DNA of 64,000 nucleotides from a plasmid, in the sequence record NZ_CP145916.1; one strand, 5' to 3'. Position 1 is the stretch's first letter, and the number at the start of each line of letters is the position of its first letter. The position numbers were made by a program, and so were the translations under genes. Below are positions 28,462 to 38,615 of the stretch, piece after piece. The notes under the pieces are model-generated. The model was not told the DNA's origin. It worked only from the letters and a program-made list of their open reading frames with translations, and ran no database searches.

Positions 28462-29816
28462 TATTCATGGAAAAATTAAAAGATCTTTGGGCTAATCTCG
28501 ACGCTAAAAAGAAACGCTATGCGCTTTGGGCTGGACTTGCAATCGTAATTATCCCGCTTCTACTTGTCATCATGCCTGAGAACAGCTCACCTCGTTCCAA
28601 GGCAACAAAGGAAAAGGTTATTCAGAACGTTTTGACTGACTCTGATACTACAGGGGTTAGCCAGAACGCAATTGCGGCACGACTTCGCTCTCTTGATGAG
28701 ACAATTAAGAGCACAAAGACAGCCGTCGATACGCTGAATAAAACGCTTGATCCCGACGCACTGAACAAGCGCCTTACCAATATTGAGAACGTACAAAAAA
28801 ATGAGGCAGCGGCAAGACAAACCCTCAATAATCGCATTGATACGCTGATTAAGAACCCGCCTGCCAGTTCGACTGGTGGCGCACTTAATCCAAAAAATGT
28901 TTTTGCTGCACCTCAAGATGGGCAATCAGGCGAAGCAGCTGAAAATCAACCTCAGAATGCAAGGGCTACAGCAAGCGGAACACTGCAAAGTGTTTATGAA
29001 AACGATATTGCGCCTGATCCGTCTGATTTTGACCATTCAGCTGATGCGTCTAAATCCAAGAATGAAGCTCCTGCGTCTGTGCCGAACATTGTCACCGTTC
29101 AGCAAGACATCAAAGAAGAGCATGATTCAGATGAAGATACTGGCCCTGAAACCTATCTCCCTGCCACCAGCATAATCTCTGGTGTATTTATCTCGGGGAT
29201 GGACGCACCAACAGCTCAGAATGCACGTAATGACCCGTACCCTGCCCTGATCCGTATTAAGAAAGATGCCATCCTGCCAAACCGTTTCCGTGTGGATATC
29301 AGAGAGTGCGGGATGCTGGCAGCAGGTTTTGGTGATCTGTCCTCTGAACGAGCTTACTTCCGCTCAGAAGTCATTACTTGTATCCGTGAAGACGGTGCCG
29401 TATTTGAGGCGTCTATTGATGCTTACGCAGTCGGAGAAGATGGTAAAGCTGGTGTACGTGGTCGTCTGGTGACGAAACAAGGCCAGTATTTAGCAAAAGC
29501 TTTAACAGCAGGATTCCTGCAAGCCGCCTCTCAGTTGTTTAGCGTGCAGTCTATACCAACGATTAACGTGAACCGTGACGGTAATTCGAGAGGTGGTAGT
29601 CCTTATGAGCAAGTAATGAGCAGTCAAGCCATGCAGGGTGCAGCCATTTCCGGCGTAGGTGGTGCGCTGAATCGTTTAGCAGATTTTTATATGAAAATGG
29701 CTACCGATCTGTTCCCTGTTATTGAAATCGACCCGGCCCGTAGCGTGGATTTTGTTGTGCAAAAAGGCGTGTCGTTGAAGTTTAATAAAGTTACAAGTGT
29801 TGGGGGTAATAAATGA
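28458..29816 (+). CDS. traB: TraB-family (VirB10-like) protein
   Basis: N-terminal TM, Pro/acidic linker, conserved C-terminal domain; synteny. Confidence 0.65.
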   Translation: MIFMEKLKDLWANLDAKKKRYALWAGLAIVIIPLLLVIMPENSSPRSKATKEKVIQNVLTDSDTTGVSQNAIAARLRSLDETIKSTKTAVDTLNKTLDPDALNKRLTNIENVQKNEAAARQTLNNRIDTLIKNPPASSTGGALNPKNVFAAPQDGQSGEAAENQPQNARATASGTLQSVYENDIAPDPSDFDHSADASKSKNEAPASVPNIVTVQQDIKEEHDSDEDTGPETYLPATSIISGVFISGMDAPTAQNARNDPYPALIRIKKDAILPNRFRVDIRECGMLAAGFGDLSSERAYFRSEVITCIREDGAVFEASIDAYAVGEDGKAGVRGRLVTKQGQYLAKALTAGFLQAASQLFSVQSIPTINVNRDGNSRGGSPYEQVMSSQAMQGAAISGVGGALNRLADFYMKMATDLFPVIEIDPARSVDFVVQKGVSLKFNKVTSVGGNK

Positions 29817-30403
29817 GCACTAAACGTATCATGTTAGCGCTACTGGGTGTCGCAAGTGCGGTGGCCCTTACGGGGTGTTCTTCGCTGGTGGGCGGGGAAT
29901 CTGAATATGGCTGTAAAGGTATGCCTGACGCTGTGACTTGTATGAGTATGGGCGAAGTCTACGAACTAACTGATGGCAGTAATTATAAAGAGCGTGTCAG
30001 TGAAGTTTCTCAGCAACAGCTGTCCGGGAAACAAGTAAACGTAAAGCAAGTAACTGCCGGTGGTAATGGTGCAGGCCCATCGGTAAGTGCTGGTGCGGCG
30101 TATGTGCCTGTTCCTGTTCCAGTGTCAAACCCACAACCTATTCGTACACCTTCACAAGTCATGCGTGTTTTGGTTGACTCGTATGAATCAGCTGATGGTG
30201 ACTTAAATGTACCGGGCTATGTCTATACTGAAATTGAACCTCGCCGCTGGGAAATTGGTGCAAGTCGAGGATCTACTGTACAACCTGTAATCAGGCCAAT
30301 GCAGGTTCCGGTTAGCGCCGAGCCTCTTCCTGAGACTGGAAAAGGCAATTCAAATGCGAATGCGTCTCGTACTCAAAGCACAAACAAACGCACTATGATG
30401 TAA
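29813..30403 (+). CDS. traV: TraV lipoprotein
   Basis: lipobox LTGCSS, Cys-containing N-terminal region, synteny. Confidence 0.6.
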   Translation: MSTKRIMLALLGVASAVALTGCSSLVGGESEYGCKGMPDAVTCMSMGEVYELTDGSNYKERVSEVSQQQLSGKQVNVKQVTAGGNGAGPSVSAGAAYVPVPVPVSNPQPIRTPSQVMRVLVDSYESADGDLNVPGYVYTEIEPRRWEIGASRGSTVQPVIRPMQVPVSAEPLPETGKGNSNANASRTQSTNKRTMM

Positions 30404-30437
30404 AAGTGTAAATCTTTCTGAAATAAAGTAAAAATAA

Positions 30438-30462
30438 AGGGATTGTCACAACAATCCCTTTG
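30438..30462 (+). terminator. intrinsic terminator after traV
   Basis: AAGGGATTGTCACAACAATCCCTTT. Confidence 0.6.
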
Positions 30463-30603
30463 CTATTTCTGCGGCTTATACCCTATGATTGTTAATGCAG
30501 TGATCGCCACACCACATTATTTGCATTCAGTCGCAATATCTCCCCCCAGATATTGCATCCCCCCACCAAGCTGAAAAAAAAATGCAAATAGGAGTTCGCT
30601 GTA

Positions 30604-30631
30604 AAACCCGCCTGTTTTTCAGGCGGGTTTT
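30604..30631 (+). terminator. second intrinsic terminator
   Basis: AACCCGCCTGTTTTTCAGGCGGGTTTTT. Confidence 0.7.
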
Positions 30632-30637
30632 TCTACC

Positions 30638-30656
30638 CCAAAACGTCCCCTTTTTC
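30638..30656 (+). promoter_or_regulatory. regulon box CCAAAACGTCCCCTTTTTC ~65 nt upstream of dsbC-traC operon
   Basis: CAAAACGTCC 10-mer shared with the boxes at 25136 and 38119 (minus strand). Confidence 0.45.
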
Positions 30657-30717
30657 ATTACTACTTTATTGAAAACATGTGAAACAATGCGCTTTCTACC
30701 AACTGAGAGAAAGCACT

Positions 30718-31464
30718 ATGTCACTAAAAAAATGTTTTTTTGCAGCCTCCTTACTCGCTGTTCTGACAGCTACAGCTTTTGCTGGTACGGGCTCACCAAC
30801 CGATACAGTATTTACTGAAAACGCCTTAAAAGCGGCCCCTAAAAACTCAGCTACACCTAAACGTTTTGTCCTCCCGACAAATGGAATGATCGCGCTTGAT
30901 ATTGACGGGAAACTCAACGTCATGACGTCTAACGGTCGCTTTATCATGAAAGGCTACCTTTATGATACATGGGCAAAGAAACCACTGGATACCTATGCAG
31001 AGCTCACCAAATACGCGAGCATCATTCCGTTAAAAGAATTAAACCTCAATATCGCTGACCTGCAACCGGCTGTCTGGGGAAGTGGCCCTGAAAAAGTGAT
31101 GATTTTCACTGATCCAAACTGCCCGTATTGCCATCAGGTTCTCAAAGAACTGGCAGACCTTGACCCGAAAAAATACACAGTGAGTGTTATTTCGCTGGGT
31201 GCTCTCGGTGAAGAAAGTAAGAAGCGTAATCAGGAGCTGTATTGCGCCAGTGACCGCTACCGGGCAGACCGCGCCATCATTTCTGGTGACAAAACGACTC
31301 AGTTTGATCAAGTCAAAGACTGTGACCAGACGGCAATGATCCGCCGCAATATTACCGCGCAAGTGCTCGGTGTAAGTTTGATACCTTTCATCATTCGTGA
31401 TGACGGAAATTTCAGCATCGGCAAGCCAGCGCAGGGTTTGAAAGACTATCTCGAAGCTAAATAA
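30718..31464 (+). CDS. dsbC: DsbC-like periplasmic disulfide isomerase
   Basis: signal peptide; DPNCPYCHQV thioredoxin motif; N-terminal dimerisation-like region; position between traV and traC as in SXT/IncA/C-type systems. Confidence 0.7.
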   Translation: MSLKKCFFAASLLAVLTATAFAGTGSPTDTVFTENALKAAPKNSATPKRFVLPTNGMIALDIDGKLNVMTSNGRFIMKGYLYDTWAKKPLDTYAELTKYASIIPLKELNLNIADLQPAVWGSGPEKVMIFTDPNCPYCHQVLKELADLDPKKYTVSVISLGALGEESKKRNQELYCASDRYRADRAIISGDKTTQFDQVKDCDQTAMIRRNITAQVLGVSLIPFIIRDDGNFSIGKPAQGLKDYLEAK

Positions 31465-31484
31465 ATTCTGTCTGGGGGGAAAGA

Positions 31485-33971
31485 ATGAGTGAATCATTAA
31501 TTGTTCGTAAATTAAAAGGGATTAAACGTTTTTCCGATGTGTGTCCGGTGAACGCATATGATGAGAAAAATCGTCTCTTTACGCTGGAAAACAAATACAT
31601 CGCATTCGGCTTCGTCTGTCGCCCTTTGGCCGGGAGTACCGGAAAGGAAACTGATCAGCTGAAAACGTTGCTGTCATCAAATTTTCCGCCAAAAACTATC
31701 GTGCAATGGGATCTCATTGCCAGCCCAAATATCGTGAAGAAAATAAATCAGATGGATTTCCTTCGTATCAATTGCGAAGACCCCATTCTGAAAAATGCAA
31801 TTTATAACCGTTCTAAATTTCTTTTACATAGTACCGATTACCCTATGAAGGGGGTTGGTACTCGCGTGCGTGACTGCCTGCTTGTCTGCACCGTAAAAAT
31901 TCCTATAAAAGCCAATTACGAACCCAAAGATGAGGAAATGAACTTATTTAATGAGTTCAGAACTAGCTTTGATACATCGCTCGGCATACTTGGCCTTGCT
32001 CCTTCTCCGTTGACTCGTGAATCCTATATTGACATCCTTGCCTCTGTACTTAATCAGGGCGAAAACGCCAGCTGGCGTGACCGCTCTCCTGTTCAGGTTC
32101 AGGATGACTTGCTGGTTTCAGAGCAATTGGTTGACCCTGATCGCTCTTTCTTCATCCGCTCAAAATATGTCGCCTTTGGTAATCCCGAAGATGAAAAGCA
32201 GCGCGGGGAACGGCAGACAGAAACCACATTTATCAGGACACTGAGCGCAAAAAAACTCCCTACCCGCTTTTGGCCCGGACAGGCACAATATTATCTTGGC
32301 GACTTAATGAGTGGCGCTACTGGTATTAAAAGCTCCTGTATCATTTCCATGAGCCTCATTTTTAATGACCAGCAAAGTGCCAAATCAACATTTACACGAA
32401 AAAGGGCATGGGTTGTTCAGCAAAGTGATGGCCCTATGGCGAAATTGATCCCGTCTTACAAAACTTCCCGCGAAGGCTTTGATATCTTGGCTGACAAACT
32501 CGATAACGGTGAACCAGTCTGTCGCGCAAAGTTTACTGTGAGCATTTTCTCTAACTCAAAAGATGGCGTATTCCGGGCATCTCAGGAAGCTGCAAGCTAT
32601 CTCAACACGTATCAGTTTAAAATGGTTCCTGATACAAACTTTGTTGCCCCGATTTTCCTTTCTGCCCTCCCGATGTTTAATGAGGCAAGTGCAGAAAAAG
32701 TCATTGGCCGTTATCGCACCCTTGCCCTGAGTGAAGCCCTTGTTCTCACACCTCTATATGCTGACTGGCAGGGTACAAAAAACCCGGCGTTAATGTTGAC
32801 ATCGCGCTCTGGTCAGATACAGATGATTGACTTGTTCGACTCAGACACCAACTACAACGCCTGTATTGCTGCGGAATCCGGTTCTGGTAAATCCTTCCTG
32901 ACGAACTACATCATTACCGCTTACAGAAGCCTTGGTGCAAAAGTTTGGTGTATCGATGTCGGTGATTCGTACAAAAATATCTGCGAGACATATGGGGGGG
33001 ATTACCTCGATTTCCACCCGGATAAAAAGCCATGTCTTAACTTCTTTGAACTGATTGAAGACTACTTTGGTGAAGATCCAACAAACACAGATGGTAACGG
33101 TGAAGAAGACCTGATTATCGGCCTTCTGACGGTTATGGCCGCACCACAAAAAGGGCTGGATGATTTCCAGACTGCACGCCTTAAAGAACATGTTGCGCTA
33201 CTTATCCGTGAACACGGGAAACAAACAACAGTCGATATGGTGGCGGAATCCTGTTTAAAAGATGCTGATCGGCGTGTAAGCGACATTGGCTCTCAGCTTT
33301 ATCCTTTCACAAGCAGGGGCCAGTACGGCAGATACTTTGTTGGTAAAAATAATATCGACTTTAGAAATCCGTTTACCGTCCTTGAACTTTCACGTCTTGA
33401 AAGCTCTGAGCACTTGAAACAAGTCGTTCTCTTGCAGCTGATTTACCAGATTCAGCAAGACATGTTCTTGGGTGATCGTTCACAAATGAAAATCGTTGTT
33501 ATCGATGAAGCGTGGGCGCTTCTCAAAGGCAATATTGGTGACTTCATTGAGAAAGGCTATCGTCGCTTCCGTAAGTACAAAGGTGCGGCCATTACCATTA
33601 CCCAGTCTATCAACGACATCTACAAGGACAGTGTGGGTAAAGCCATTGCTGATAACTCCGCGTTTATGCTTCTGCTCGGACAGGGTGAGTCTGCAATTAA
33701 CGAGGCTCAGGCCAGTAAGCGCCTTGCTCTTGATGATGCCGGTTATCGCTTCCTCAAAACAGTCAGATCAAGTAGCGGCGTTTACTCTGAGGTATTCGTT
33801 ATCTCTAAAGCCGGGCAAGGTATTAGTCGTCTGATTGTCGATCCATTCTCCCTACTGCTCTACTCCACACATCCTGATGACGTATCCGAAATCAGGCGTA
33901 AGAAGGATGGCGGGTTAACGACAGAGCAAGCTATCTATGAAATTCTTAGGGATAGAGGAGTTGCCGCATGA
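31485..33971 (+). CDS. traC: TraC/VirB4-family T4SS ATPase
   Basis: 828 aa, Walker A AESGSGKS, Walker B VVIDEAW. Confidence 0.9.
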   Translation: MSESLIVRKLKGIKRFSDVCPVNAYDEKNRLFTLENKYIAFGFVCRPLAGSTGKETDQLKTLLSSNFPPKTIVQWDLIASPNIVKKINQMDFLRINCEDPILKNAIYNRSKFLLHSTDYPMKGVGTRVRDCLLVCTVKIPIKANYEPKDEEMNLFNEFRTSFDTSLGILGLAPSPLTRESYIDILASVLNQGENASWRDRSPVQVQDDLLVSEQLVDPDRSFFIRSKYVAFGNPEDEKQRGERQTETTFIRTLSAKKLPTRFWPGQAQYYLGDLMSGATGIKSSCIISMSLIFNDQQSAKSTFTRKRAWVVQQSDGPMAKLIPSYKTSREGFDILADKLDNGEPVCRAKFTVSIFSNSKDGVFRASQEAASYLNTYQFKMVPDTNFVAPIFLSALPMFNEASAEKVIGRYRTLALSEALVLTPLYADWQGTKNPALMLTSRSGQIQMIDLFDSDTNYNACIAAESGSGKSFLTNYIITAYRSLGAKVWCIDVGDSYKNICETYGGDYLDFHPDKKPCLNFFELIEDYFGEDPTNTDGNGEEDLIIGLLTVMAAPQKGLDDFQTARLKEHVALLIREHGKQTTVDMVAESCLKDADRRVSDIGSQLYPFTSRGQYGRYFVGKNNIDFRNPFTVLELSRLESSEHLKQVVLLQLIYQIQQDMFLGDRSQMKIVVIDEAWALLKGNIGDFIEKGYRRFRKYKGAAITITQSINDIYKDSVGKAIADNSAFMLLLGQGESAINEAQASKRLALDDAGYRFLKTVRSSSGVYSEVFVISKAGQGISRLIVDPFSLLLYSTHPDDVSEIRRKKDGGLTTEQAIYEILRDRGVAA

Positions 33972-34243
33972 TAAAAACAGCAGCTATAGCCTTAGTCTGC
34001 GGGTTTATAGGAGCCGCTCTTTATGGGCGCTTCTTCCCTGCTCAATCGCCTTATGACTATATTGCCGTTGCAAACTATACGGACAGTGAAGGAAAAATGC
34101 TTCCATCTGCACAAATAGAGCTTGTGGCTCGCCGGGCAGAACAGATGCAAAAATCAGGCTTTATCATCTTCAATGGATCAGCCATGTACTCATACCCGGC
34201 TGAACTGGCTATACCTCACAATCTGGTGAGTCGCGACAAATAA
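33968..34243 (+). CDS. small membrane protein (TrbI-like position)
   Basis: ATGA overlap with traC; N-terminal TM helix. Confidence 0.4.
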   Translation: MIKTAAIALVCGFIGAALYGRFFPAQSPYDYIAVANYTDSEGKMLPSAQIELVARRAEQMQKSGFIIFNGSAMYSYPAELAIPHNLVSRDK

Positions 34244-34254
34244 CGGGGGTTGAT

Positions 34255-34785
34255 GTGGCGAACGAATTATTGCAAACGGTGTGGCGAAAGATTTACAAAA
34301 AGAAACGGTCATGGAAGAAACAGGCCGTCCTGATGACGCTGGTGGCGGTGTTTGCCGCACCAGCAAGTTATTACTTGATGAACAGATACCAGATAGCAAT
34401 TGATCCGCAGAATAACCAGTGTCTGCCCCCTTACAGAATTTATCTTGTCGATAAGTTTGATAAGACACCCGTCCGGGGCGAACCCTTTGCTTTCACCTCC
34501 CAATATATTCGGGTTTATGGTAAAGGCATTAAAATGGTGGATGCCGTTGCTGGTGACGTTGTTTCTGTTACGCCAGAAGAAACGACGGTTAACGGTTCAA
34601 TGGTCGGTGAAGAATTACGGCTCGCAAAAGAGTCCGGCCACAGTGATAAAGAACTGACCCGCACAGGGATTATACCAGAAGACCGGGTTTGGCTGATGGG
34701 CCGCACGAAACTGAGTTTCGACTCTCGCTACTGGGGATCAGTCCCTACAGAACATATATTAGGACGAGCTTACCCTCTATGGTGA
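34255..34785 (+). CDS. trhF: TraF/TrhF-type S26-family peptidase-like protein (pilin maturation)
   Basis: C-terminal SFDSRYWG box E; N-terminal anchor; position before traW. Confidence 0.55.
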   Translation: MANELLQTVWRKIYKKKRSWKKQAVLMTLVAVFAAPASYYLMNRYQIAIDPQNNQCLPPYRIYLVDKFDKTPVRGEPFAFTSQYIRVYGKGIKMVDAVAGDVVSVTPEETTVNGSMVGEELRLAKESGHSDKELTRTGIIPEDRVWLMGRTKLSFDSRYWGSVPTEHILGRAYPLW

Positions 34786-36029
34786 CAAAACAGTTTTTCA
34801 AAGTAAGTGTTATTGCTGCCGTGGTGCTATCAAGCGCCACGGCTTTTTCAACTGAAACCACATTGCCATCCCGGCCAGATATTCCAGCTACAGCCGTTCC
34901 TGAGCGTCCTGTCTCGCTGTCTGAGAAAGACCAGTCAGACCTCAATGAACTGCTAAAAATAGCCAAACAGAAGCAGGCAGAGTACGAAAAGCTATCCCGT
35001 GATACCGTAGCCTCCAGTCACAAAAGACTCGGAGAAATGCCGGTGCCTAAAACTGAACATGACATCATTACTGATGCAGTAACAGGCGCTATTGCTGATT
35101 CTGATATGGCCGATGGAAAACAGAATAAAGTAACTGGTGATTTCTATTATGTCCTCCTGTCATCTTCACTTTCCGATGATGAGATACGTAACATCTTTTC
35201 GCAGTACAAGGACAGAACGGACGTTGCTTTTGTTATTCGTGGCGTTAACGATAAAGACAAAATCCTGCAAGAACTCACGCACTGGCAGCAGTTGGTGCTC
35301 GATGCTGGTGGTGGTGCTACCGTAAACCTCGATCCAACCATATTTAAAAGTTACAACGTCACGTCTATTCCAACCATTATCCATGAAAAAGACGGTGAGC
35401 TGGTGGCCCGTGTCTCAGGCATTTCAAATACCGGATACCTGAAAGATAAAAAAGGTGATTTGGGTGTGGCTGGCCCGACAAAAGATATCAGCGAAATTAG
35501 TCTGTTAGATATCATTGAGCAGAAAATTAAAACGCTCGACTTTGATAAAATGAAAACCGATGCTCTGGATAACTACTGGAAGAAACAGGAATTTACTGAC
35601 TTCCCTCCTGCATTGAAGCACAACCAGAAGTTTATCAATCCTTCCGTGGTCATCCCGCAAGACATCCTAGCACCAGATGGGCAAGTGGTGGCGAAGCAAG
35701 GCCGGATCAATCCGCTCGATGTCATCCCTTTCCGGCTAAAACTCATTTTCTTTGATGCGCGTATTGACTGGCAGAGAAAAATCGCCCGCCGTGAATACCA
35801 GAACGCCGAGCCCGGCATTGAACCAATCCTGATAACAACTAACGTTTACGGGGATGGCTGGAAAACGTTTCAGGACGCGCACGAAATGTATGGCGAGAAA
35901 AGCCGCCTCTACATGATTCAACCCGGCATGGCTGACCGCTTCGGTATCACCTCAGTGCCCAGCATTGTGACGGCTACCGATAAGCAATATGTGATCAATG
36001 AATACCCCGAAGATGAGGCTAATAAATAA
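34779..36029 (+). CDS. traW: TraW/TrbC-type pilus assembly protein
   Basis: ATG overlapping trhF stop (ATGGTGA); signal peptide; size as in H-type TrhW. Confidence 0.6.
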   Translation: MVTKQFFKVSVIAAVVLSSATAFSTETTLPSRPDIPATAVPERPVSLSEKDQSDLNELLKIAKQKQAEYEKLSRDTVASSHKRLGEMPVPKTEHDIITDAVTGAIADSDMADGKQNKVTGDFYYVLLSSSLSDDEIRNIFSQYKDRTDVAFVIRGVNDKDKILQELTHWQQLVLDAGGGATVNLDPTIFKSYNVTSIPTIIHEKDGELVARVSGISNTGYLKDKKGDLGVAGPTKDISEISLLDIIEQKIKTLDFDKMKTDALDNYWKKQEFTDFPPALKHNQKFINPSVVIPQDILAPDGQVVAKQGRINPLDVIPFRLKLIFFDARIDWQRKIARREYQNAEPGIEPILITTNVYGDGWKTFQDAHEMYGEKSRLYMIQPGMADRFGITSVPSIVTATDKQYVINEYPEDEANK

Positions 36030-37105
36030 TGAGAGCAAAAGTATCGATTTTAAAATCAACATTAGTCTCTGCTATTGCTGCTGCCTGCCTCACTTTTTCA
36101 GCTGGCATCATGGCTGCTGACAGCCCTACTGAAACACAAGCAGAGAATGAGTCATGCAGGGATAACAAAGTCCTGTCTGCAAAACTGTTCACTGATGTGT
36201 GCTGGTCTTGCATCTTCCCCATAAAAGTCGCTGGCGCAACAATAGGCCCGTCTGGGAGTGTACCGAACGATGCAGCTACCGGATCAGTATGCGCTTGTGC
36301 TGATGGGCTTGGCGTTTATCATCCCGGAATTATGTCAGCACTGTGGGAGCCTCGGCGCTTCATTGAGCTGACCAGAACGCCCGGCTGTATGTCCTCTCTC
36401 GGTGGCGCAAAACTGAATCTGGGCAGCGAACTGCAATACGGAACACAAACGGACAGTGCGAAGGATGAGCGCCAGCGTGCGGCTATCAGCTTCTATAATG
36501 CGCATATGTACGCCATGCCTTTACTGAGAATGCTGGATTTGTACCTTCCGGGCAGCTGTAATGCTGATCCATACTCCGATTTCGATATCATTAGTTTCAC
36601 GGAAATAGATCCGACTTGGAATAACTCTGCCTTAGCATTTTTCCAAAACCCTGAATCTGCCGCTGTGGCTAACATTGTTGCTCAGCAAGCCTGTACCGTT
36701 GAAGCCGCTGCACAATTTGCCGGGGCACAGCCCCAGTCTGCCCTTTGGTGGTGTGCCGGGTCATGGGGAGGTCAATACCCTCTAACGGGCTCAGTCAGGA
36801 CTATGGATACTCCACGAACCACTAGCCTCGCGGCGACTCGACAACTGGCCGTGGAGCATCGCCGTGGGCTTGCCTATCGCTCTGTGGGGAACGATGTAGC
36901 TTGCCGTGCAAAGATATACCCAACCATTCCAAAGCAACAATACAAAATGAATATGTTTTACCCTACACCAGAGACAAAAAAGGGCCACAATATCGGTGAG
37001 TCACCATATAAATGGCAAGGGGGATCATTCCGCTATCCGACCGGTATGGGACAGGATTCTGTGTATATGATTTTCCAGTGGACAGATTGCTGCCGAACTC
37101 TTTAA
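36029..37105 (+). CDS. traU: TraU-family protein
   Basis: signal peptide, conserved Cys-rich TraU pattern (CWSCIFPIKVAG, GCMS), synteny. Confidence 0.8.
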   Translation: MRAKVSILKSTLVSAIAAACLTFSAGIMAADSPTETQAENESCRDNKVLSAKLFTDVCWSCIFPIKVAGATIGPSGSVPNDAATGSVCACADGLGVYHPGIMSALWEPRRFIELTRTPGCMSSLGGAKLNLGSELQYGTQTDSAKDERQRAAISFYNAHMYAMPLLRMLDLYLPGSCNADPYSDFDIISFTEIDPTWNNSALAFFQNPESAAVANIVAQQACTVEAAAQFAGAQPQSALWWCAGSWGGQYPLTGSVRTMDTPRTTSLAATRQLAVEHRRGLAYRSVGNDVACRAKIYPTIPKQQYKMNMFYPTPETKKGHNIGESPYKWQGGSFRYPTGMGQDSVYMIFQWTDCCRTL

Positions 37106-37120
37106 CAGATGCCTGCGGCC

Positions 37121-37165
37121 AACGTTTTGCGGCTCAGAAAACAAGTTTCAGAACCGCAAAACGTT
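37121..37165. terminator. long perfect hairpin AACGTTTTGCGG-21 nt-CCGCAAAACGTT after traU (terminator and/or operator)
   Basis: 12-bp perfect inverted repeat; half-site ACGTTTTGCGG recurs at 8719 and 38131. Confidence 0.5.
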
Positions 37166-37197
37166 CCCAGTGAAAAGCGTAGGATGTAAAAAAAGCC

Positions 37198-37226
37198 CCG
37201 ATAATTGGGGCTTTTTCATGTCTATA
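37198..37226. terminator. bidirectional terminator
   Basis: AAAAAAAGCCCCGATAATTGGGGCTTTTT (near-copy of terminators at 3313 and 57846). Confidence 0.7.
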
Positions 37227-37235
37227 ACGCTGCTG

Positions 37236-38051
37236 TTATTCTGGCTTGTCTTGCTGTTCAGCTTCTAAAACGACTGTCGGATTAGACTGAATTTCTAATT
37301 CCACATCCGTAGTTTCGGCATCGCTAACGGTTTGAACTACAGCAGGAATACCGCTTCCTTCTCGGGAAATAGAAAGACCTTTTTCCTCAAGCTGGGCTAT
37401 AGCATTTTTGGAAAGTTGTTGGATGGTCGCGCTCAGATTTTGGATGCTGCTAGTCAGACGGAACTTAGTGTCTTCAACCTCATCCGCTGGTGCCATCGCA
37501 TTCAAATAGCCTTTATCCAGCAGTGTAATGGCTTTGTCATAACTACTGAACATGCGTAGGACTTTAGTCGCTTCTGGCGTGCGTGTTTTTGTTTCAAATT
37601 CACGCGGGTTCGTATATTTAACCTCGGCAACCTCAATCTCATTTTCTTCTTCCAACATTTTAGTGAGCATTTCAATACAGATATTGATCTCTCTCACCGG
37701 GACATCAATTACCTTATCTATCGCTTTTTTTGCCTCAGCAGCCGCACCACGGATACCCATACGCTCAATGCGTGTGGTGTTGATCATGATATTAAAAAGG
37801 GCTTGAGACACGGGATTAAAATGCCGGGTAAACAGCCGGATGCCTTCTTGTGTCTCTAAGGTTATCTTTAAATCAATTTCCGGGTTAGAGAACGGGGTTT
37901 TTTCCTCACGCCTCCGCCCTCGCCTGACTGGTGGTCGGTCAATACGGTTGTCATTAGCTCCGCCGTTTGGCCTTGTGTTAGAACGGGAATTACCCCTTCT
38001 GTTTGATCTCTGCTTTGGGGTTGCGTTGCCTTGGTTGCTAACATCAGCCAT
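37236..38051 (-). CDS. hypothetical protein with Arg-rich disordered N-terminus (possible DNA-binding/transfer accessory protein)
   Basis: GAGGAAG SD; N-terminal 60 aa rich in R/N/G; acidic C-terminus; adjacent to repeat-rich non-coding region. Confidence 0.5.
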   Translation of the reverse strand: MADVSNQGNATPKQRSNRRGNSRSNTRPNGGANDNRIDRPPVRRGRRREEKTPFSNPEIDLKITLETQEGIRLFTRHFNPVSQALFNIMINTTRIERMGIRGAAAEAKKAIDKVIDVPVREINICIEMLTKMLEEENEIEVAEVKYTNPREFETKTRTPEATKVLRMFSSYDKAITLLDKGYLNAMAPADEVEDTKFRLTSSIQNLSATIQQLSKNAIAQLEEKGLSISREGSGIPAVVQTVSDAETTDVELEIQSNPTVVLEAEQQDKPE

Positions 38052-38118
38052 GTATTCTTCCTCACGTTAAGATTCGTTAAAACATAAGTATTTAGGCACG
38101 CTGAATAGTAAAAGTCAC

Positions 38119-38149
38119 AGAAAAAACAGGACGTTTTGCGGTCGAAAAC
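38119..38149 (-). promoter_or_regulatory. regulon box (minus reading GTTTTCGACCGCAAAACGTCCTGTTTTTTCT) ~75 nt upstream of the 37236-38051 gene
   Basis: 21-nt identity with the box at 25124-25155; the plus-strand ACGTTTTGCGG half-site (38131-38141) lies inside this span. Confidence 0.5.
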
Positions 38150-38159
38150 TTCTTTTTTG

Positions 38160-38590
38160 TTGCAGCCATTAACTAACTGGATTAATCTGTTCAGACCTAG
38201 CTGATGGTACTCAGCACAACTTCCAGATATCTATTTGAATATCCTGATAAACTTAGCGTGACCATACCGCACCCACAAAAAGACTCTCTTTTTGATCAGG
38301 ATGTCCTACGCCTGTAAAACGGCAATCCGAGCACTTCCGACATGCTTCCTAGTCCTTTGACTAAGCTTGTCACTTTGCTACCCTTGCGAGGGTATTTTTG
38401 GTTCTCAATCCAAACCAATAAATTGAAACTTCCCATAACTTCCTGTGCGCTACCCGCTACTGTGGCCGGACTTCGTTCTACACGACTCCTTCCTTCTATC
38501 TAAACATACCCCATAACTATGCTTCCTCACGTTGCATGGTGTTTTGGCGTGTTTTTAGTTCTGTGGCCGGACTTCGTACACTTTAACTGT
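38160..38590. repeat. repeat-rich non-coding region (short direct repeats TGTGGCCGGACTTCGT x2, CCCATAACT x2, GCTTCCTCACGTT x2)
   Basis: exact 16-mer at 38461 and 38562; 12-mer at 38054 and 38522; no ORF with RBS. Confidence 0.5.
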
Positions 38591-38607
38591 CTATTAAATA
38601 TATAAGG
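38591..38607 (+). promoter_or_regulatory. island promoter cassette copy 1 (CTATTAAATATATAAGG)
   Basis: member of 11-copy conserved motif upstream of island genes. Confidence 0.4.
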
Positions 38608-38615
38608 TATTAATT

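Noticed and set aside
30582-30818. 78-aa + ORF spanning the terminator after traV and the dsbC start
   Set aside because: Crosses a strong intrinsic terminator hairpin and overlaps the well-supported dsbC frame; not a pilin.
38440-38525. mini-ORFs with GAGGAAG-type SDs on the minus strand inside the repeat region (e.g. MGYV-stop)
   Set aside because: Too short and not conserved between repeat units; the SD-like strings are part of the direct repeats themselves.
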